NCBI RefSeq assembly: GCF_030013595.1
Contig: NZ_CP122768.1
Strand: one strand, 5' to 3'
DNA from: Escherichia coli
Lineage (GTDB): Bacteria > Pseudomonadota > Gammaproteobacteria > Enterobacterales > Enterobacteriaceae
Length of the DNA stretch: 64,000 nt
Below the pieces are notes generated by a model that saw only the letters and a program-made list of their open reading frames with translations, searched no databases and was not told the DNA's origin. The translations under genes and the position numbers were made by a program. Positions 16,525-31,089 of the stretch are shown piece by piece (the first letter of the stretch is position 1; the number at the start of each line of letters is the position of its first letter).

Positions 16525-16860
16525 GGGTTTCTCCTGTAATAGCAGCCGGTTAACCCCGGCTACCTGAATGGGTTGCGAATCGCGTTTAGCTTATATTGTG
16601 GTCATTAGCAAAATTTCAAGATGTTTGCGCAACTATTTTTGGTAGTAATCCCAAAGCGGTGATCTATTTCACAAATTAATAATTAAGGGGTAAAAACCGA
16701 CACTTAAAGTGATCCAGATTACGGTAGAAATCCTCAAGCAGCATATGATCTCGGGTATTCGGTCGATGCAGGGGATAATCGTCGGTCGAAAAACATTCGA
16801 AACCACATATATTCTGTGTGTTTAAAGCAAATCATTGGCAGCTTGAAAAAGAAGGTTCAC

Positions 16861-18297
16861 ATGTCAAACAACATTCGTATCGAAGAAGATCTGTTGGGTA
16901 CCAGGGAAGTTCCAGCTGATGCCTACTATGGTGTTCACACTCTGAGAGCGATTGAAAACTTCTATATCAGCAACAACAAAATCAGTGATATTCCTGAATT
17001 TGTTCGCGGTATGGTAATGGTTAAAAAAGCCGCAGCTATGGCAAACAAAGAGCTGCAAACCATTCCTAAAAGTGTAGCGAATGCCATCATTGCCGCATGT
17101 GATGAAGTCCTGAACAACGGAAAATGCATGGATCAGTTCCCGGTAGACGTCTACCAGGGCGGCGCAGGTACTTCCGTAAACATGAACACCAACGAAGTGC
17201 TGGCCAATATCGGTCTGGAACTGATGGGTCACCAGAAAGGTGAATATCAGTACCTGAACCCGAACGACCATGTTAACAAATGTCAGTCCACTAACGACGC
17301 CTACCCGACCGGTTTCCGTATCGCAGTTTACTCTTCCCTGATTAAGCTGGTAGATGCGATTAACCAACTGCGTGAAGGCTTTGAACGTAAAGCTGTCGAA
17401 TTCCAGGACATCCTGAAAATGGGTCGTACCCAGCTGCAGGACGCAGTACCGATGACCCTCGGTCAGGAATTCCGCGCTTTCAGCATCCTGCTGAAAGAAG
17501 AAGTGAAAAATATCCAACGTACCGCTGAACTGCTGCTGGAAGTTAACCTTGGCGCAACAGCAATCGGTACTGGTCTGAACACGCCGAAAGAGTACTCTCC
17601 GCTGGCAGTGAAAAAACTGGCTGAAGTCACTGGCTTCCCATGCGTACCGGCTGAAGACCTGATCGAAGCGACCTCTGACTGCGGCGCTTATGTTATGGTT
17701 CACGGCGCGTTGAAACGCCTGGCTGTGAAGATGTCCAAAATCTGTAACGACCTGCGCTTGCTCTCTTCTGGTCCACGTGCCGGCCTGAACGAGATCAACC
17801 TGCCGGAACTGCAGGCGGGCTCTTCCATCATGCCAGCTAAAGTAAACCCGGTTGTTCCGGAAGTGGTTAACCAGGTATGCTTCAAAGTCATCGGTAACGA
17901 CACCACTGTTACCATGGCAGCAGAAGCAGGTCAGCTGCAGTTGAACGTTATGGAGCCGGTCATTGGCCAGGCTATGTTCGAATCCGTTCACATTCTGACC
18001 AACGCTTGCTACAACCTGCTGGAAAAATGCATTAACGGCATCACTGCTAACAAAGAAGTGTGCGAAGGTTACGTTTACAACTCTATCGGTATCGTTACTT
18101 ACCTGAACCCGTTCATCGGTCACCACAACGGTGACATCGTGGGTAAAATCTGTGCCGAAACCGGTAAGAGTGTACGTGAAGTCGTTCTGGAACGCGGTCT
18201 GTTGACTGAAGCGGAACTTGACGATATTTTCTCCGTACAGAATCTGATGCACCCGGCTTACAAAGCAAAACGCTATACTGATGAAAGCGAACAGTAA
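16861..18297 (+). CDS. aspA: aspartate ammonia-lyase
   Basis: Start at [17 protein letters not shown] (478 aa); fumarase/aspartase family signature [10 protein letters not shown] present. Confidence 0.96.
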
Positions 18298-18321
18298 TCG
18301 TACAGGGTAGTACAAATAGAG

Positions 18322-18350
18322 AAGGCACGTCAGATGACGTGCCTTTTTTC
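18322..18350 (+). terminator. rho-independent terminator after aspA
   Basis: aaggcacgtca-gat-gacgtgcctt hairpin followed by T-run. Confidence 0.75.
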
Positions 18351-18414
18351 TTGTGAGCAGTAACTTAAAAATAACAATCTAATATCAACTTGTTAAAAAA
18401 CAAGGAAGGCTAAT

Positions 18415-19716
18415 ATGCTAGTTGTAGAACTCATCATAGTTTTGCTGGCGATCTTCTTGGGCGCCAGATTGGGGGGAATAGGTATTGGTTTTGCAGGCGG
18501 ATTGGGGGTGCTGGTTCTTGCCGCTATTGGCGTTAAACCCGGTAACATCCCGTTCGATGTCATTTCCATTATCATGGCGGTTATCGCCGCTATTTCTGCC
18601 ATGCAGGTTGCTGGCGGTCTGGACTATCTGGTTCATCAGACAGAAAAGCTGCTGCGCCGTAACCCGAAATACATCACGATCCTCGCACCGATCGTGACCT
18701 ATTTCCTGACAATCTTTGCTGGTACTGGCAACATCTCTCTGGCGACACTGCCAGTTATCGCTGAAGTTGCGAAGGAACAAGGCGTTAAACCTTGCCGTCC
18801 GCTGTCTACTGCAGTGGTATCCGCGCAGATTGCGATCACCGCATCGCCAATCTCAGCGGCAGTGGTTTACATGTCTTCCGTAATGGAAGGTCATGGCATC
18901 AGCTACCTCCATCTGCTCTCCGTGGTCATCCCGTCCACCCTGCTGGCGGTTCTGGTGATGTCCTTCCTGGTCACTATGCTGTTCAACTCCAAACTCTCTG
19001 ACGATCCGATTTATCGCAAGCGTCTGGAAGAGGGCCTGGTTGAACTGCGCGGTGAAAAGCAGATTGAAATCAAATCCGGTGCAAAAACGTCCGTCTGGCT
19101 GTTCCTGCTGGGCGTAGTTGGCGTGGTTATCTATGCAATCATCAACAGCCCAAGCATGGGTCTGGTTGAAAAACCGCTGATGAACACCACCAACGCAATC
19201 CTGATCATTATGCTCAGCGTTGCAACTCTGACCACCGTTATCTGTAAAGTCGATACCGACAACATCCTCAACTCCAGCACCTTCAAAGCAGGTATGAGCG
19301 CCTGTATTTGTATCCTGGGTGTTGCGTGGCTGGGCGATACTTTCGTTTCCAACAACATCGACTGGATCAAAGATACCGCTGGTGAAGTGATTCAGGGTCA
19401 TCCGTGGCTGCTGGCCGTCATCTTCTTCTTTGCTTCTGCTCTGCTGTACTCTCAGGCTGCAACCGCAAAAGCACTGATGCCGATGGCTCTGGCACTGAAC
19501 GTTTCTCCGCTGACCGCTGTTGCTTCTTTCGCTGCGGTGTCAGGTCTGTTCATTCTGCCGACCTACCCGACGCTGGTTGCTGCGGTACAGATGGATGACA
19601 CGGGTACTACCCGTATCGGTAAATTCGTCTTCAACCATCCGTTCTTCATCCCGGGTACTCTGGGTGTTGCCCTGGCCGTTTGCTTCGGCTTCGTGCTGGG
19701 TAGCTTCATGCTGTAA
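18415..19716 (+). CDS. dcuA: anaerobic C4-dicarboxylate transporter DcuA
   Basis: 433 aa multi-TM protein, conserved downstream of aspA. Confidence 0.95.
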   Translation: MLVVELIIVLLAIFLGARLGGIGIGFAGGLGVLVLAAIGVKPGNIPFDVISIIMAVIAAISAMQVAGGLDYLVHQTEKLLRRNPKYITILAPIVTYFLTIFAGTGNISLATLPVIAEVAKEQGVKPCRPLSTAVVSAQIAITASPISAAVVYMSSVMEGHGISYLHLLSVVIPSTLLAVLVMSFLVTMLFNSKLSDDPIYRKRLEEGLVELRGEKQIEIKSGAKTSVWLFLLGVVGVVIYAIINSPSMGLVEKPLMNTTNAILIIMLSVATLTTVICKVDTDNILNSSTFKAGMSACICILGVAWLGDTFVSNNIDWIKDTAGEVIQGHPWLLAVIFFFASALLYSQAATAKALMPMALALNVSPLTAVASFAAVSGLFILPTYPTLVAAVQMDDTGTTRIGKFVFNHPFFIPGTLGVALAVCFGFVLGSFML

Positions 19717-19724
19717 TGATCAAT

Positions 19725-19751
19725 CGCGGGGCGTTCACGCCCCGCTTTCTT
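19725..19751 (+). terminator. rho-independent terminator after dcuA
   Basis: gcggggcg-ttca-cgccccgc hairpin followed by tttcttt. Confidence 0.75.
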
Positions 19752-19831
19752 TCCCGCCGACTAACATCCTTCCCCCGTCCGTTGTATAGTGACCTCTCTC
19801 TTGCGGTTCCATCTGTTCTTGCGAGGTGTTT

Positions 19832-20170
19832 ATGCTTGATGAAAAAAGTTCGAATACCGCGTCTGTCGTGGTGCTATGTACCGCACCGGATGAAGCGACA
19901 GCCCAGGATTTAGCCGCCAAAGTGCTGGCGGAAAAACTGGCGGCCTGCGCGACCTTGATCCCCGGCGCAACCTCTCTTTATTACTGGGAAGGTAAGCTGG
20001 AGCAAGAATACGAAGTGCAGATGATTTTAAAAACTACCGTATCTCTCCAGCAGGCACTGCTGGAATGCCTGAAGTCTCATCATCCATATCAAACCCCGGA
20101 ACTTCTGGTTTTACCTGTTACACACGGAGACACAGATTACCTCTCATGGCTCAACGCATCTTTACGCTGA
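19832..20170 (+). CDS. cutA: divalent-cation tolerance protein CutA
   Basis: Start at [14 protein letters not shown] (112 aa); overlaps dsbD start. Confidence 0.9.
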   Translation: MLDEKSSNTASVVVLCTAPDEATAQDLAAKVLAEKLAACATLIPGATSLYYWEGKLEQEYEVQMILKTTVSLQQALLECLKSHHPYQTPELLVLPVTHGDTDYLSWLNASLR

Positions 20171-21843
20171 TCCTGCTACTTTGCAGCACTTCCGTTTTTG
20201 CCGGATTATTCGACGCGCCGGGACGTTCACAATTTGTCCCGGCGGATCAAGCCTTTGCTTTTGATTTTCAGCAAAACCAACATGACCTTAATCTGACCTG
20301 GCAGATCAAAGACGGTTACTACCTCTACCGTAAACAGATCCGCATTACGCCGGAACACGCGAAAATTGCCGACGTGCAGCTGCCGCAAGGCGTCTGGCAT
20401 GAAGATGAGTTTTACGGCAAAAGCGAGATTTACCGCGATCGGCTGACGCTTCCCGTAACCATCAACCAGGCGAGTGCGGGAGCGACGTTAACTGTCACCT
20501 ACCAGGGCTGTGCTGATGCCGGTTTCTGTTATCCGCCAGAAACCAAAACCGTTCCGTTAAGCGAAGTGGTCGCCAACAACGCAGCGTCACAGCCTGTGTC
20601 TGTTCCGCAGCAAGAGCAGCCCACCGCGCAATTGCCCTTTTCCGCGCTCTGGGCGTTGTTGATCGGTATTGGTATCGCCTTTACGCCATGCGTGTTGCCA
20701 ATGTACCCACTGATTTCTGGCATCGTGCTGGGCGGTAAACAGCGGCTTTCCACTGCCAGGGCATTGTTGCTGACCTTTATTTATGTGCAGGGGATGGCGC
20801 TGACTTACACGGCACTGGGTCTGGTGGTTGCCGCCGCAGGGTTACAGTTCCAGGCGGCGCTACAGCACCCATACGTGCTCATTGGCCTCGCTATCGTCTT
20901 TACCTTGCTGGCGATGTCAATGTTTGGCTTGTTTACTCTGCAACTCCCCTCTTCGCTGCAAACACGTCTCACGCTGATGAGCAATCGCCAACAGGGCGGC
21001 TCACCTGGCGGTGTGTTTGTTATGGGAGCGATTGCCGGACTGATCTGTTCACCATGCACCACCGCACCGCTTAGCGCGATTCTGCTGTATATCGCCCAAA
21101 GCGGGAACATGTTGCTGGGGGGCGGCACGCTTTATCTCTATGCGTTGGGCATGGGCCTGCCGCTGATGCTAATAACCGTCTTTGGTAACCGCCTGCTGCC
21201 GAAAAGCGGCCCGTGGATGGAACAAGTCAAAACCGCGTTTGGTTTTGTGATCCTCGCACTGCCGGTCTTCCTGCTGGAGCGAGTGATTGGTGATATATGG
21301 GGATTACGCTTGTGGTCGGCGCTTGGTGTCGCATTCTTTGGCTGGGCCTTTATCACCAGCCTACAGGCCAAACGCGGCTGGATGCGCGTGGTGCAAATAA
21401 TCCTGCTGGCAGCGGCATTGGTTAGCGTGCGCCCACTTCAGGATTGGGCATTTGGTGCGACGCATACCGCGCAAACTCAGACGCATCTCAACTTTACACA
21501 AATCAAAACGGTAGATGAGTTAAATCAGGCGCTCGTTGAAGCCAAAGGCAAACCAGTGATGTTAGATCTCTATGCCGACTGGTGCGTCGCCTGTAAAGAG
21601 TTTGAGAAATACACCTTCAGCGACCCGCAGGTGCAAAAAGCGTTAGCAGACACGGTCTTACTTCAGGCTAACGTCACTGCCAACGACGCCCAAGATGTGG
21701 CGCTGTTAAAGCATCTTAATGTCCTTGGCCTACCGACAATTCTCTTTTTTGACGGACAAGGCCAGGAGCATCCACAAGCACGCGTCACGGGCTTTATGGA
21801 TGCTGAAACCTTTAGCGCACATTTGCGCGATCGCCAACCGTGA
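20146..21843 (+). CDS. dsbD: thiol:disulfide interchange protein DsbD (DipZ)
   Basis: Start at [19 protein letters not shown] (565 aa); central TM domain and C-terminal thioredoxin-like domain with WCVAC motif. Confidence 0.95.
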   Translation: MAQRIFTLILLLCSTSVFAGLFDAPGRSQFVPADQAFAFDFQQNQHDLNLTWQIKDGYYLYRKQIRITPEHAKIADVQLPQGVWHEDEFYGKSEIYRDRLTLPVTINQASAGATLTVTYQGCADAGFCYPPETKTVPLSEVVANNAASQPVSVPQQEQPTAQLPFSALWALLIGIGIAFTPCVLPMYPLISGIVLGGKQRLSTARALLLTFIYVQGMALTYTALGLVVAAAGLQFQAALQHPYVLIGLAIVFTLLAMSMFGLFTLQLPSSLQTRLTLMSNRQQGGSPGGVFVMGAIAGLICSPCTTAPLSAILLYIAQSGNMLLGGGTLYLYALGMGLPLMLITVFGNRLLPKSGPWMEQVKTAFGFVILALPVFLLERVIGDIWGLRLWSALGVAFFGWAFITSLQAKRGWMRVVQIILLAAALVSVRPLQDWAFGATHTAQTQTHLNFTQIKTVDELNQALVEAKGKPVMLDLYADWCVACKEFEKYTFSDPQVQKALADTVLLQANVTANDAQDVALLKHLNVLGLPTILFFDGQGQEHPQARVTGFMDAETFSAHLRDRQP

Positions 21844-21879
21844 ACGACACTTGCAGTGGGAAAGACGGAGGAAAATAGC

Positions 21880-22455
21880 GTGCAACGTGAAGATGTACTG
21901 GGAGAAGCCCTGAAATTATTAGAATTACAAGGGATTGCCAACACCACGCTGGAGATGGTTGCTGAACGTGTGGATTATCCACTGGACGAGCTACGCCGCT
22001 TCTGGCCAGACAAAGAGGCAATCCTCTACGATGCGCTGCGTTATCTTAGCCAACAGATAGATGTCTGGCGTCGTCAGCTGATGCTGGACGAAACGCAAAC
22101 CGCCGAACAAAAGTTGCTGGCACGTTATCAGGCGTTATCGGAGTGCGTTAAAAACAACCGCTATCCGGGCTGTCTGTTTATCGCTGCCTGTACGTTTTAT
22201 CCCGATCCTGGCCACCCTATTCATCAACTGGCCGATCAGCAAAAAAGCGCGGCCTACGATTTCACCCACGAACTGTTAACCACACTGGAAGTTGACGATC
22301 CGGCGATGGTAGCAAAGCAGATGGAACTGGTGCTGGAAGGCTGTTTAAGCCGAATGCTGGTGAATCGTAGCCAGGCGGATGTCGACACCGCACATCGGCT
22401 GGCGGAAGATATCCTGCGCTTCGCCCGCTGCCGCCAGGGTGGTGCTTTGACCTGA
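21880..22455 (+). CDS. yjdC: TetR-family transcriptional regulator YjdC
   Basis: GTG start chosen for the 191-aa product; N-terminal HTH region; last backbone gene before tRNA-Phe. Confidence 0.75.
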
Positions 22456-22561
22456 CAGAAACACAGAAAAGAAGCGATTTGCCGCAATCTTAAGCAGTTG
22501 AATCGCTTTTACTGAAATTAGGTTGACGAGATGTGCAGATTACGGTTTAATGCGCCCCGTT

Positions 22562-22637
22562 GCCCGGATAGCTCAGTCGGTAGAGCAGGGGATTGAAAAT
22601 CCCCGTGTCCTTGGTTCGATTCCGAGTCCGGGCACCA
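22562..22637 (+). tRNA. pheU: tRNA-Phe (anticodon GAA)
   Basis: 76-nt sequence GCCCGGATAGCTCAGTCGGTAGAGCAGGGGATTGAAAATCCCC...GGGCACCA with GAA anticodon loop and encoded CCA; whether this is the pheU or the identical pheV copy is inferred from the flanking yjdC/cadC context. Confidence 0.97.
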
Positions 22638-22650
22638 AATTCATATCAAC

Positions 22651-22678
22651 GGACCTCCACGGAGGTCCGTTTTTCGTT
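22651..22678 (+). terminator. putative terminator downstream of tRNA-Phe
   Basis: ggacctccacggaggtcc hairpin followed by gtttttcg. Confidence 0.5.
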
Positions 22679-22834
22679 TCAGAACACCATGATTTAAGTG
22701 TTCTTCCTCCAAATCAATTCTACCGAACTCAACCAAATTCTCCCCACATCAACCTCATTGTGTGGGTATAATTGCGGGTATACCCCAGTTCGACAGAATT
22801 TGTACCCTCTTTAACGCATTCAGAAGGCTGAACT

Positions 22835-24097
22835 ATGGCACTGACTGACGCAAAAATCCGGGCTGCAAAGCCCACTGACAAGGCTTATAAACTCACTGAC
22901 GGGGCCGGCATGTTCCTGCTGGTTCATCCTAATGGTTCCCGTTACTGGCGTCTCCGTTATCGTATTCTGGGTAAGGAGAAGACTCTGGCACTTGGTGTGT
23001 ATCCGGAAGTTTCTCTCTCCGAAGCTCGTACAAAACGGGATGAGGCCCGAAAACTGATTTCAGAGGGGATTGACCCTTGCGAACAGAAAAGAGTTAAAAA
23101 AGTTGTCCCTGATTTACAGCTCTCTTTTGAACATATTGCACGACGCTGGCATGCCAGTAATAAACAATGGGCACAATCACACAGCGATAAAGTACTCAAA
23201 AGCCTCGAGACACACGTTTTCCCCTTTATCGGCAACCGGGATATCACAACACTCAATACCCCGGACCTGCTTATCCCTGTTCGTGCTGCAGAAGCAAAAC
23301 AAATTTATGAAATCGCCAGTCGTCTGCAGCAAAGAATATCTGCTGTAATGCGTTATGCCGTACAGTCTGGCATCATCAGATATAACCCGGCTCTGGATAT
23401 GGCTGGTGCATTGACCACGGTAAAACGCCAGCATCGCCCTGCTCTGGATCTTTCACGCCTGCCTGAACTTCTGTCGCGTATTGACGGTTATAAAGGCCAG
23501 CCTGTCACCCGACTGGCAGTTATGCTGAATTTACTGGTTTTTATTCGTTCCAGTGAACTCAGATATGCCCGCTGGTCTGAAATTGATATTGACAATGCCA
23601 TGTGGACTATTCCAGCCGAACGCGAACCTCTGCCAGGCGTAAAATTTTCATACCGGGGCTCCAAGATGCGAACACCACATCTTGTGCCACTCAGCCAACA
23701 GGCTGTAGCCATACTGGCAGAACTTCAGACATGGGCAGGTGAAAATGGTCTGATCTTTACGGGAGCACATGACCCACGTAAACCAATCAGTGAAAACACC
23801 GTAAATAAAGCCCTGAGGGTTATGGGGTATGACACAACCCAGGATGTCTGTGGTCATGGATTCCGGGCGATGGCATGTAGTGCATTAATAGAATCAGGTT
23901 TGTGGTCCCGCGATGCTGTGGAACGCCAGATGAGCCATCAGGAGCGTAATGGTGTACGTGCTGCGTATATCCATAAAGCCGAACATCTGGAAGAACGTCG
24001 ACTTATGCTACAGTGGTGGGCAGATTTTCTGGATGCGAACAGAGAACAATGTATCAGCCCGTTTGAATATGCAAAGATTAACAATCCATTAAAATAG
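22835..24097 (+). CDS. P4-type tyrosine integrase (island integrase)
   Basis: 420 aa; N-terminal MALTDAKIRAAKPTDKAYKLTDGAGMFLLVHPNGSRYWRLRYR arm-binding domain and C-terminal HGFRAMACSAL catalytic region typical of CP4/P4 integrases; sits directly 3' of a tRNA gene. Confidence 0.9.
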   Translation: MALTDAKIRAAKPTDKAYKLTDGAGMFLLVHPNGSRYWRLRYRILGKEKTLALGVYPEVSLSEARTKRDEARKLISEGIDPCEQKRVKKVVPDLQLSFEHIARRWHASNKQWAQSHSDKVLKSLETHVFPFIGNRDITTLNTPDLLIPVRAAEAKQIYEIASRLQQRISAVMRYAVQSGIIRYNPALDMAGALTTVKRQHRPALDLSRLPELLSRIDGYKGQPVTRLAVMLNLLVFIRSSELRYARWSEIDIDNAMWTIPAEREPLPGVKFSYRGSKMRTPHLVPLSQQAVAILAELQTWAGENGLIFTGAHDPRKPISENTVNKALRVMGYDTTQDVCGHGFRAMACSALIESGLWSRDAVERQMSHQERNGVRAAYIHKAEHLEERRLMLQWWADFLDANREQCISPFEYAKINNPLK

Positions 24098-24282
24098 TAA
24101 TCATCCCGGGCAGCTAGCCCGGGAATTATTTTCTGAATATTTTTCTTTGTGAGTAACTGGAAAAAGGATAGCGAAGTAAATTACTTTAATGAATTATTCC
24201 AGGGGCTCATTAAAGTTCTTTCGTAATACTTTGTAGTCAAACACGTTATGGCTGGCATCAAAAACCAGGTAATGACTCCAAC

Positions 24283-24780
24283 TTATTGATAGTGTTTTAT
24301 GTTCAGATAATGCCCGATGACCTTGTCATGCAGCTCCACCGATTTTGAGAACGACAGTGACTTCCGTCCCAGCCTTGCCAGATGTTGTCTCAGATTATGT
24401 CGCTCAATGCGCTGAGTGTAACGCTTGCTGATAACGTGCAGCTTTCCCTTCAGGCGTGATTCATACAGCGGCCAGCCATCCGTCATCTATACCACGACCT
24501 CAAAGGCCGACAGCAGGCTCAGAATACGCTCCAGTGTGGCCAGAGTGCGTTCACCGAAGACGTGCGCCACAACCGTCCTCCGTATCCTGTCATACGCGTA
24601 AAACAGCCAGCGCTGACGTGATTTAGCACCGACGTAGCCCCACTGTTCGTCCATTTCAGCGCAGACAATCACATCACTGCCCGGTTGTATGCGCGAGGTT
24701 ACCGACTGCGGCCTGAGTTTTTTAAGTGACGTAAAACCGTGTTGAGGCCAACGCCCATAATGCGTGCACTGGCGCGACAT
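24283..24780 (-). pseudogene. insB: IS1 insB, disrupted
   Basis: Split into 97-aa and 67-aa ORFs by a premature stop where copy B has Trp (VVV*MTDGW), and HNLRQ instead of HNLNLRQ. Confidence 0.8.
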
Positions 24781-24974
24781 CCGACGCCATTCATGGCCAT
24801 ATCAATGATTTTCTGGTGCTTACCGGGCTGAGAGGCGGTGTAAGTGAACTGTAGTTGCCATGTTTTACGGCAATGAGAGCAGAGATAGCGCTGATGTCCG
24901 GCAGTGCTTTTGCCGTTACGCACCACGCCTTCAGTAGCGGAGCAGGAAGGACATCTGATGGAAATGGAAGCCAC
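24699..24974 (-). CDS. insA: IS1 InsA
   Basis: 91-aa zinc-finger/HTH protein [23 protein letters not shown]... Confidence 0.9.
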   Translation of the reverse strand: MASISIRCPSCSATEGVVRNGKSTAGHQRYLCSHCRKTWQLQFTYTASQPGKHQKIIDMAMNGVGCRASARIMGVGLNTVLRHLKNSGRSR

Positions 24975-25194
24975 GCAAGCACCTTAAAATCACCATCATA
25001 CACTAAATCAGTAAGTTGGCAGCATTACCGAAATCCCCATCCTTTAGGGCAGTGAGAATGTCAATAATAGCAGACCACATCATGAGTCATTTTGACCGAC
25101 ACATGCAGAAGCAGAGGCTCCATCCCATTTTATACCTACCCTATAACACTTAGAAAAACAACATGTTAAAAATGTCTATTGGAAACAATTTTAT

Positions 25195-25250
25195 TTCCAA
25201 TTGTAATGATAACCATTCTCATATTAATATGGCTACGTGATAATTAACTT
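25195..25250 (+). promoter_or_regulatory. fecI promoter region with Fur box
   Basis: tgtaatgataaccattctc (25202..25220) resembles the Fur-box consensus GATAATGATAATCATTATC; immediately upstream of fecI. Confidence 0.6.
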
Positions 25251-25264
25251 TTGATGCACTCCGC

Positions 25265-25782
25265 ATGTCTGACCGCGCCACTACCACAGCTTCCTTAACG
25301 TTCGAGTCGCTTTATGGCACACATCACGGCTGGTTGAAAAGCTGGCTGACGCGCAAACTCCAGTCTGCTTTTGATGCAGATGACATTGCCCAGGACACTT
25401 TTTTGCGGGTAATGGTCAGCGAAACGCTCTCGACGATCCGCGATCCTCGCTCCTTCCTGTGCACTATCGCCAAACGCGTGATGGTGGACCTGTTTCGCCG
25501 AAACGCGCTGGAAAAAGCGTATCTGGAGATGCTGGCGCTTATGCCGGAGGGGGGAGCGCCTTCACCTGAGGAACGCGAAAGCCAACTCGAGACCCTACAA
25601 CTCCTCGACAGCATGCTGGACGGGCTAAACGGCAAAACACGTGAAGCGTTTCTGCTTTCGCAACTGGATGGTCTGACATACAGCGAGATTGCGCACAAAC
25701 TCGGTGTTTCCATCAGCTCCGTGAAAAAATACGTGGCGAAAGCCGTCGAGCACTGCCTGCTGTTCCGTCTGGAGTATGGGTT

Positions 25783-25786
<4 letters not shown>
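25265..25786 (+). CDS. fecI: ECF sigma factor FecI
   Basis: 173 aa, sigma-70 region 2 and 4 features; followed by fecR. Confidence 0.95.
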
Positions 25787-29147
<3,361 letters not shown>

Positions 29148-29191
29148 TGTGTTAACGCCCGGCTTGCCGGGCTTTTAGCTGGAATGTGATT

Positions 29192-30094
29192 ATGTTGGCA
29201 TTTATCCGTTTTCTTTTTGCAGGCCTGCTGCTGGTGATCAGCCACGCCTTTGCCGCCACGGTTCAGGACGAACACGGCACGTTTACACTCGAAAAAACGC
29301 CACAACGGATTGTGGTGCTGGAACTCTCGTTCGCCGATGCGCTGGCCGCCGTGGACGTCAGCCCGATCGGTATTGCCGACGATAACGATGCAAAACGCAT
29401 CCTGCCCGAAGTGCGTGCGCACCTGAAACCGTGGCAGTCCGTCGGAACGCGCGCGCAGCCGAGCCTGGAAGCCATTGCCGCTCTGAAACCAGACCTGATC
29501 ATTGCCGACAGCAGTCGCCATGCGGGGGTTTACATCGCCTTGCAGCAAATCGCGCCGGTACTGCTGCTTAAGTCCCGCAACGAAACCTACGCTGAAAATT
29601 TGCAATCTGCGGCTATCATCGGCGAAATGGTGGGTAAAAAGCGAGAGATGCAGGCACGTCTGGAACAACATAAAGAGAGGATGGCGCAGTGGGCCAGCCA
29701 GCTTCCCAAAGGGACACGCGTGGCCTTTGGCACATCACGCGAACAGCAATTCAACCTGCATACTCAGGAGACCTGGACCGGCAGCGTGCTGGCCTCTCTG
29801 GGGCTGAACGTTCCCGCTGCGATGGCGGGTGCGTCCATGCCGTCCATCGGCCTGGAGCAACTGCTGGCGGTCAATCCTGCCTGGCTGCTGGTTGCCCACT
29901 ATCGCGAAGAGAGCATTGTTAAACGCTGGCAACAAGATCCGCTCTGGCAGATGTTAACCGCCGCGCAGAAGCAGCAGGTTGCTTCGGTCGACAGTAACAC
30001 CTGGGCGCGGATGCGCGGTATTTTTGCTGCAGAGCGTATTGCCGCTGACACGGTAAAAATCTTCCACCATCAGCCGCTTACCGTTGTGAAATGA
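29192..30094 (+). CDS. fecB: periplasmic ferric citrate-binding protein FecB
   Basis: Start at MLAFIRFLFAGLLLVISHAFA (300 aa). Confidence 0.93.
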   Translation: MLAFIRFLFAGLLLVISHAFAATVQDEHGTFTLEKTPQRIVVLELSFADALAAVDVSPIGIADDNDAKRILPEVRAHLKPWQSVGTRAQPSLEAIAALKPDLIIADSSRHAGVYIALQQIAPVLLLKSRNETYAENLQSAAIIGEMVGKKREMQARLEQHKERMAQWASQLPKGTRVAFGTSREQQFNLHTQETWTGSVLASLGLNVPAAMAGASMPSIGLEQLLAVNPAWLLVAHYREESIVKRWQQDPLWQMLTAAQKQQVASVDSNTWARMRGIFAAERIAADTVKIFHHQPLTVVK

Positions 30095-31089
30095 CCGCGA
30101 TAAAACACCCGGTGCTGCTGTGGGGGCTTCCCGTTGCAGCACTTATTATTATTTTCTGGCTGAGTCTGTTTTGCTACTCGGCCATTCCTGTTTCCGGAGC
30201 AGATGCAACCCGCGCCCTGCTGCCTGGACACACGCCAACGCTACCAGAAGCGCTGGTGCAAAACCTTCGTTTGCCACGAAGCCTCGTCGCCGTTCTGATC
30301 GGCGCAAGCCTGGCGCTCGCGGGCACGCTGCTGCAAACCCTGACCCACAACCCAATGGCCTCTCCTTCACTGCTCGGCATTAACAGCGGCGCGGCGCTGG
30401 CTATGGCGCTTACCAGCGCGCTGAGTCCGACGCCGATTGCAGGCTATTCTCTGTCGTTCATCGCGGCATGCGGGGGCGGCGTGAGCTGGCTGCTGGTCAT
30501 GACCGCAGGAGGCGGATTTCGTCATACCCATGACAGAAACAAACTGATCCTCGCGGGTATCGCGCTGTCGGCCTTTTGTATGGGCCTTACCCGCATCACC
30601 CTGCTGCTGGCCGAAGATCATGCTTACGGCATCTTTTACTGGCTGGCAGGCGGAGTGTCCCACGCCCGCTGGCAGGATGTCTGGCAGCTCTTGCCGGTGG
30701 TGGTCACTGCAGTCCCTGTCGTGTTGCTGCTGGCGAATCAACTGAACCTGCTCAACCTCAGCGACAGCACCGCCCATACGCTGGGAGTGAACCTGACGAG
30801 GCTACGTTTGGTCATCAATATGTTAGTGCTGCTTCTGGTTGGTGCGTGCGTCAGCGTGGCAGGTCCGGTGGCATTTATCGGTCTGCTGGTGCCACATCTG
30901 GCGCGCTTCTGGGCAGGCTTCGATCAGCGCAACGTACTGCCAGTGAGCATGCTGCTGGGGGCCACGCTGATGCTGCTGGCAGATGTACTCGCACGCGCGC
31001 TGGCCTTCCCCGGAGATCTGCCCGCAGGCGCAGTGCTGGCGCTGATTGGCAGCCCTTGCTTTGTCTGGCTTGTGAGGAGGCGAGGATGA
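30091..31089 (+). CDS. fecC: ferric citrate ABC permease FecC
   Basis: 332 aa FecCD-family permease. Confidence 0.93.
   Translation: MTAIKHPVLLWGLPVAALIIIFWLSLFCYSAIPVSGADATRALLPGHTPTLPEALVQNLRLPRSLVAVLIGASLALAGTLLQTLTHNPMASPSLLGINSGAALAMALTSALSPTPIAGYSLSFIAACGGGVSWLLVMTAGGGFRHTHDRNKLILAGIALSAFCMGLTRITLLLAEDHAYGIFYWLAGGVSHARWQDVWQLLPVVVTAVPVVLLLANQLNLLNLSDSTAHTLGVNLTRLRLVINMLVLLLVGACVSVAGPVAFIGLLVPHLARFWAGFDQRNVLPVSMLLGATLMLLADVLARALAFPGDLPAGAVLALIGSPCFVWLVRRRG

Larger units (their letters stand above)
24268..25029 (-). mobile_element. IS1 element, copy A (762 bp, degraded)
   Basis: Terminal inverted repeats ggtaatgactccaactta... and ...gtaagttggcagcattacc; insA intact, insB carries an in-frame stop and a 6-bp deletion relative to copy B; no flanking 9-bp target duplication seen. 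Confidence 0.9.

Noticed and set aside
16864-18315. 483-aa minus-strand ORF
   Set aside because: Antisense to aspA over its whole length; composition atypical; aspA on the plus strand is unambiguous.
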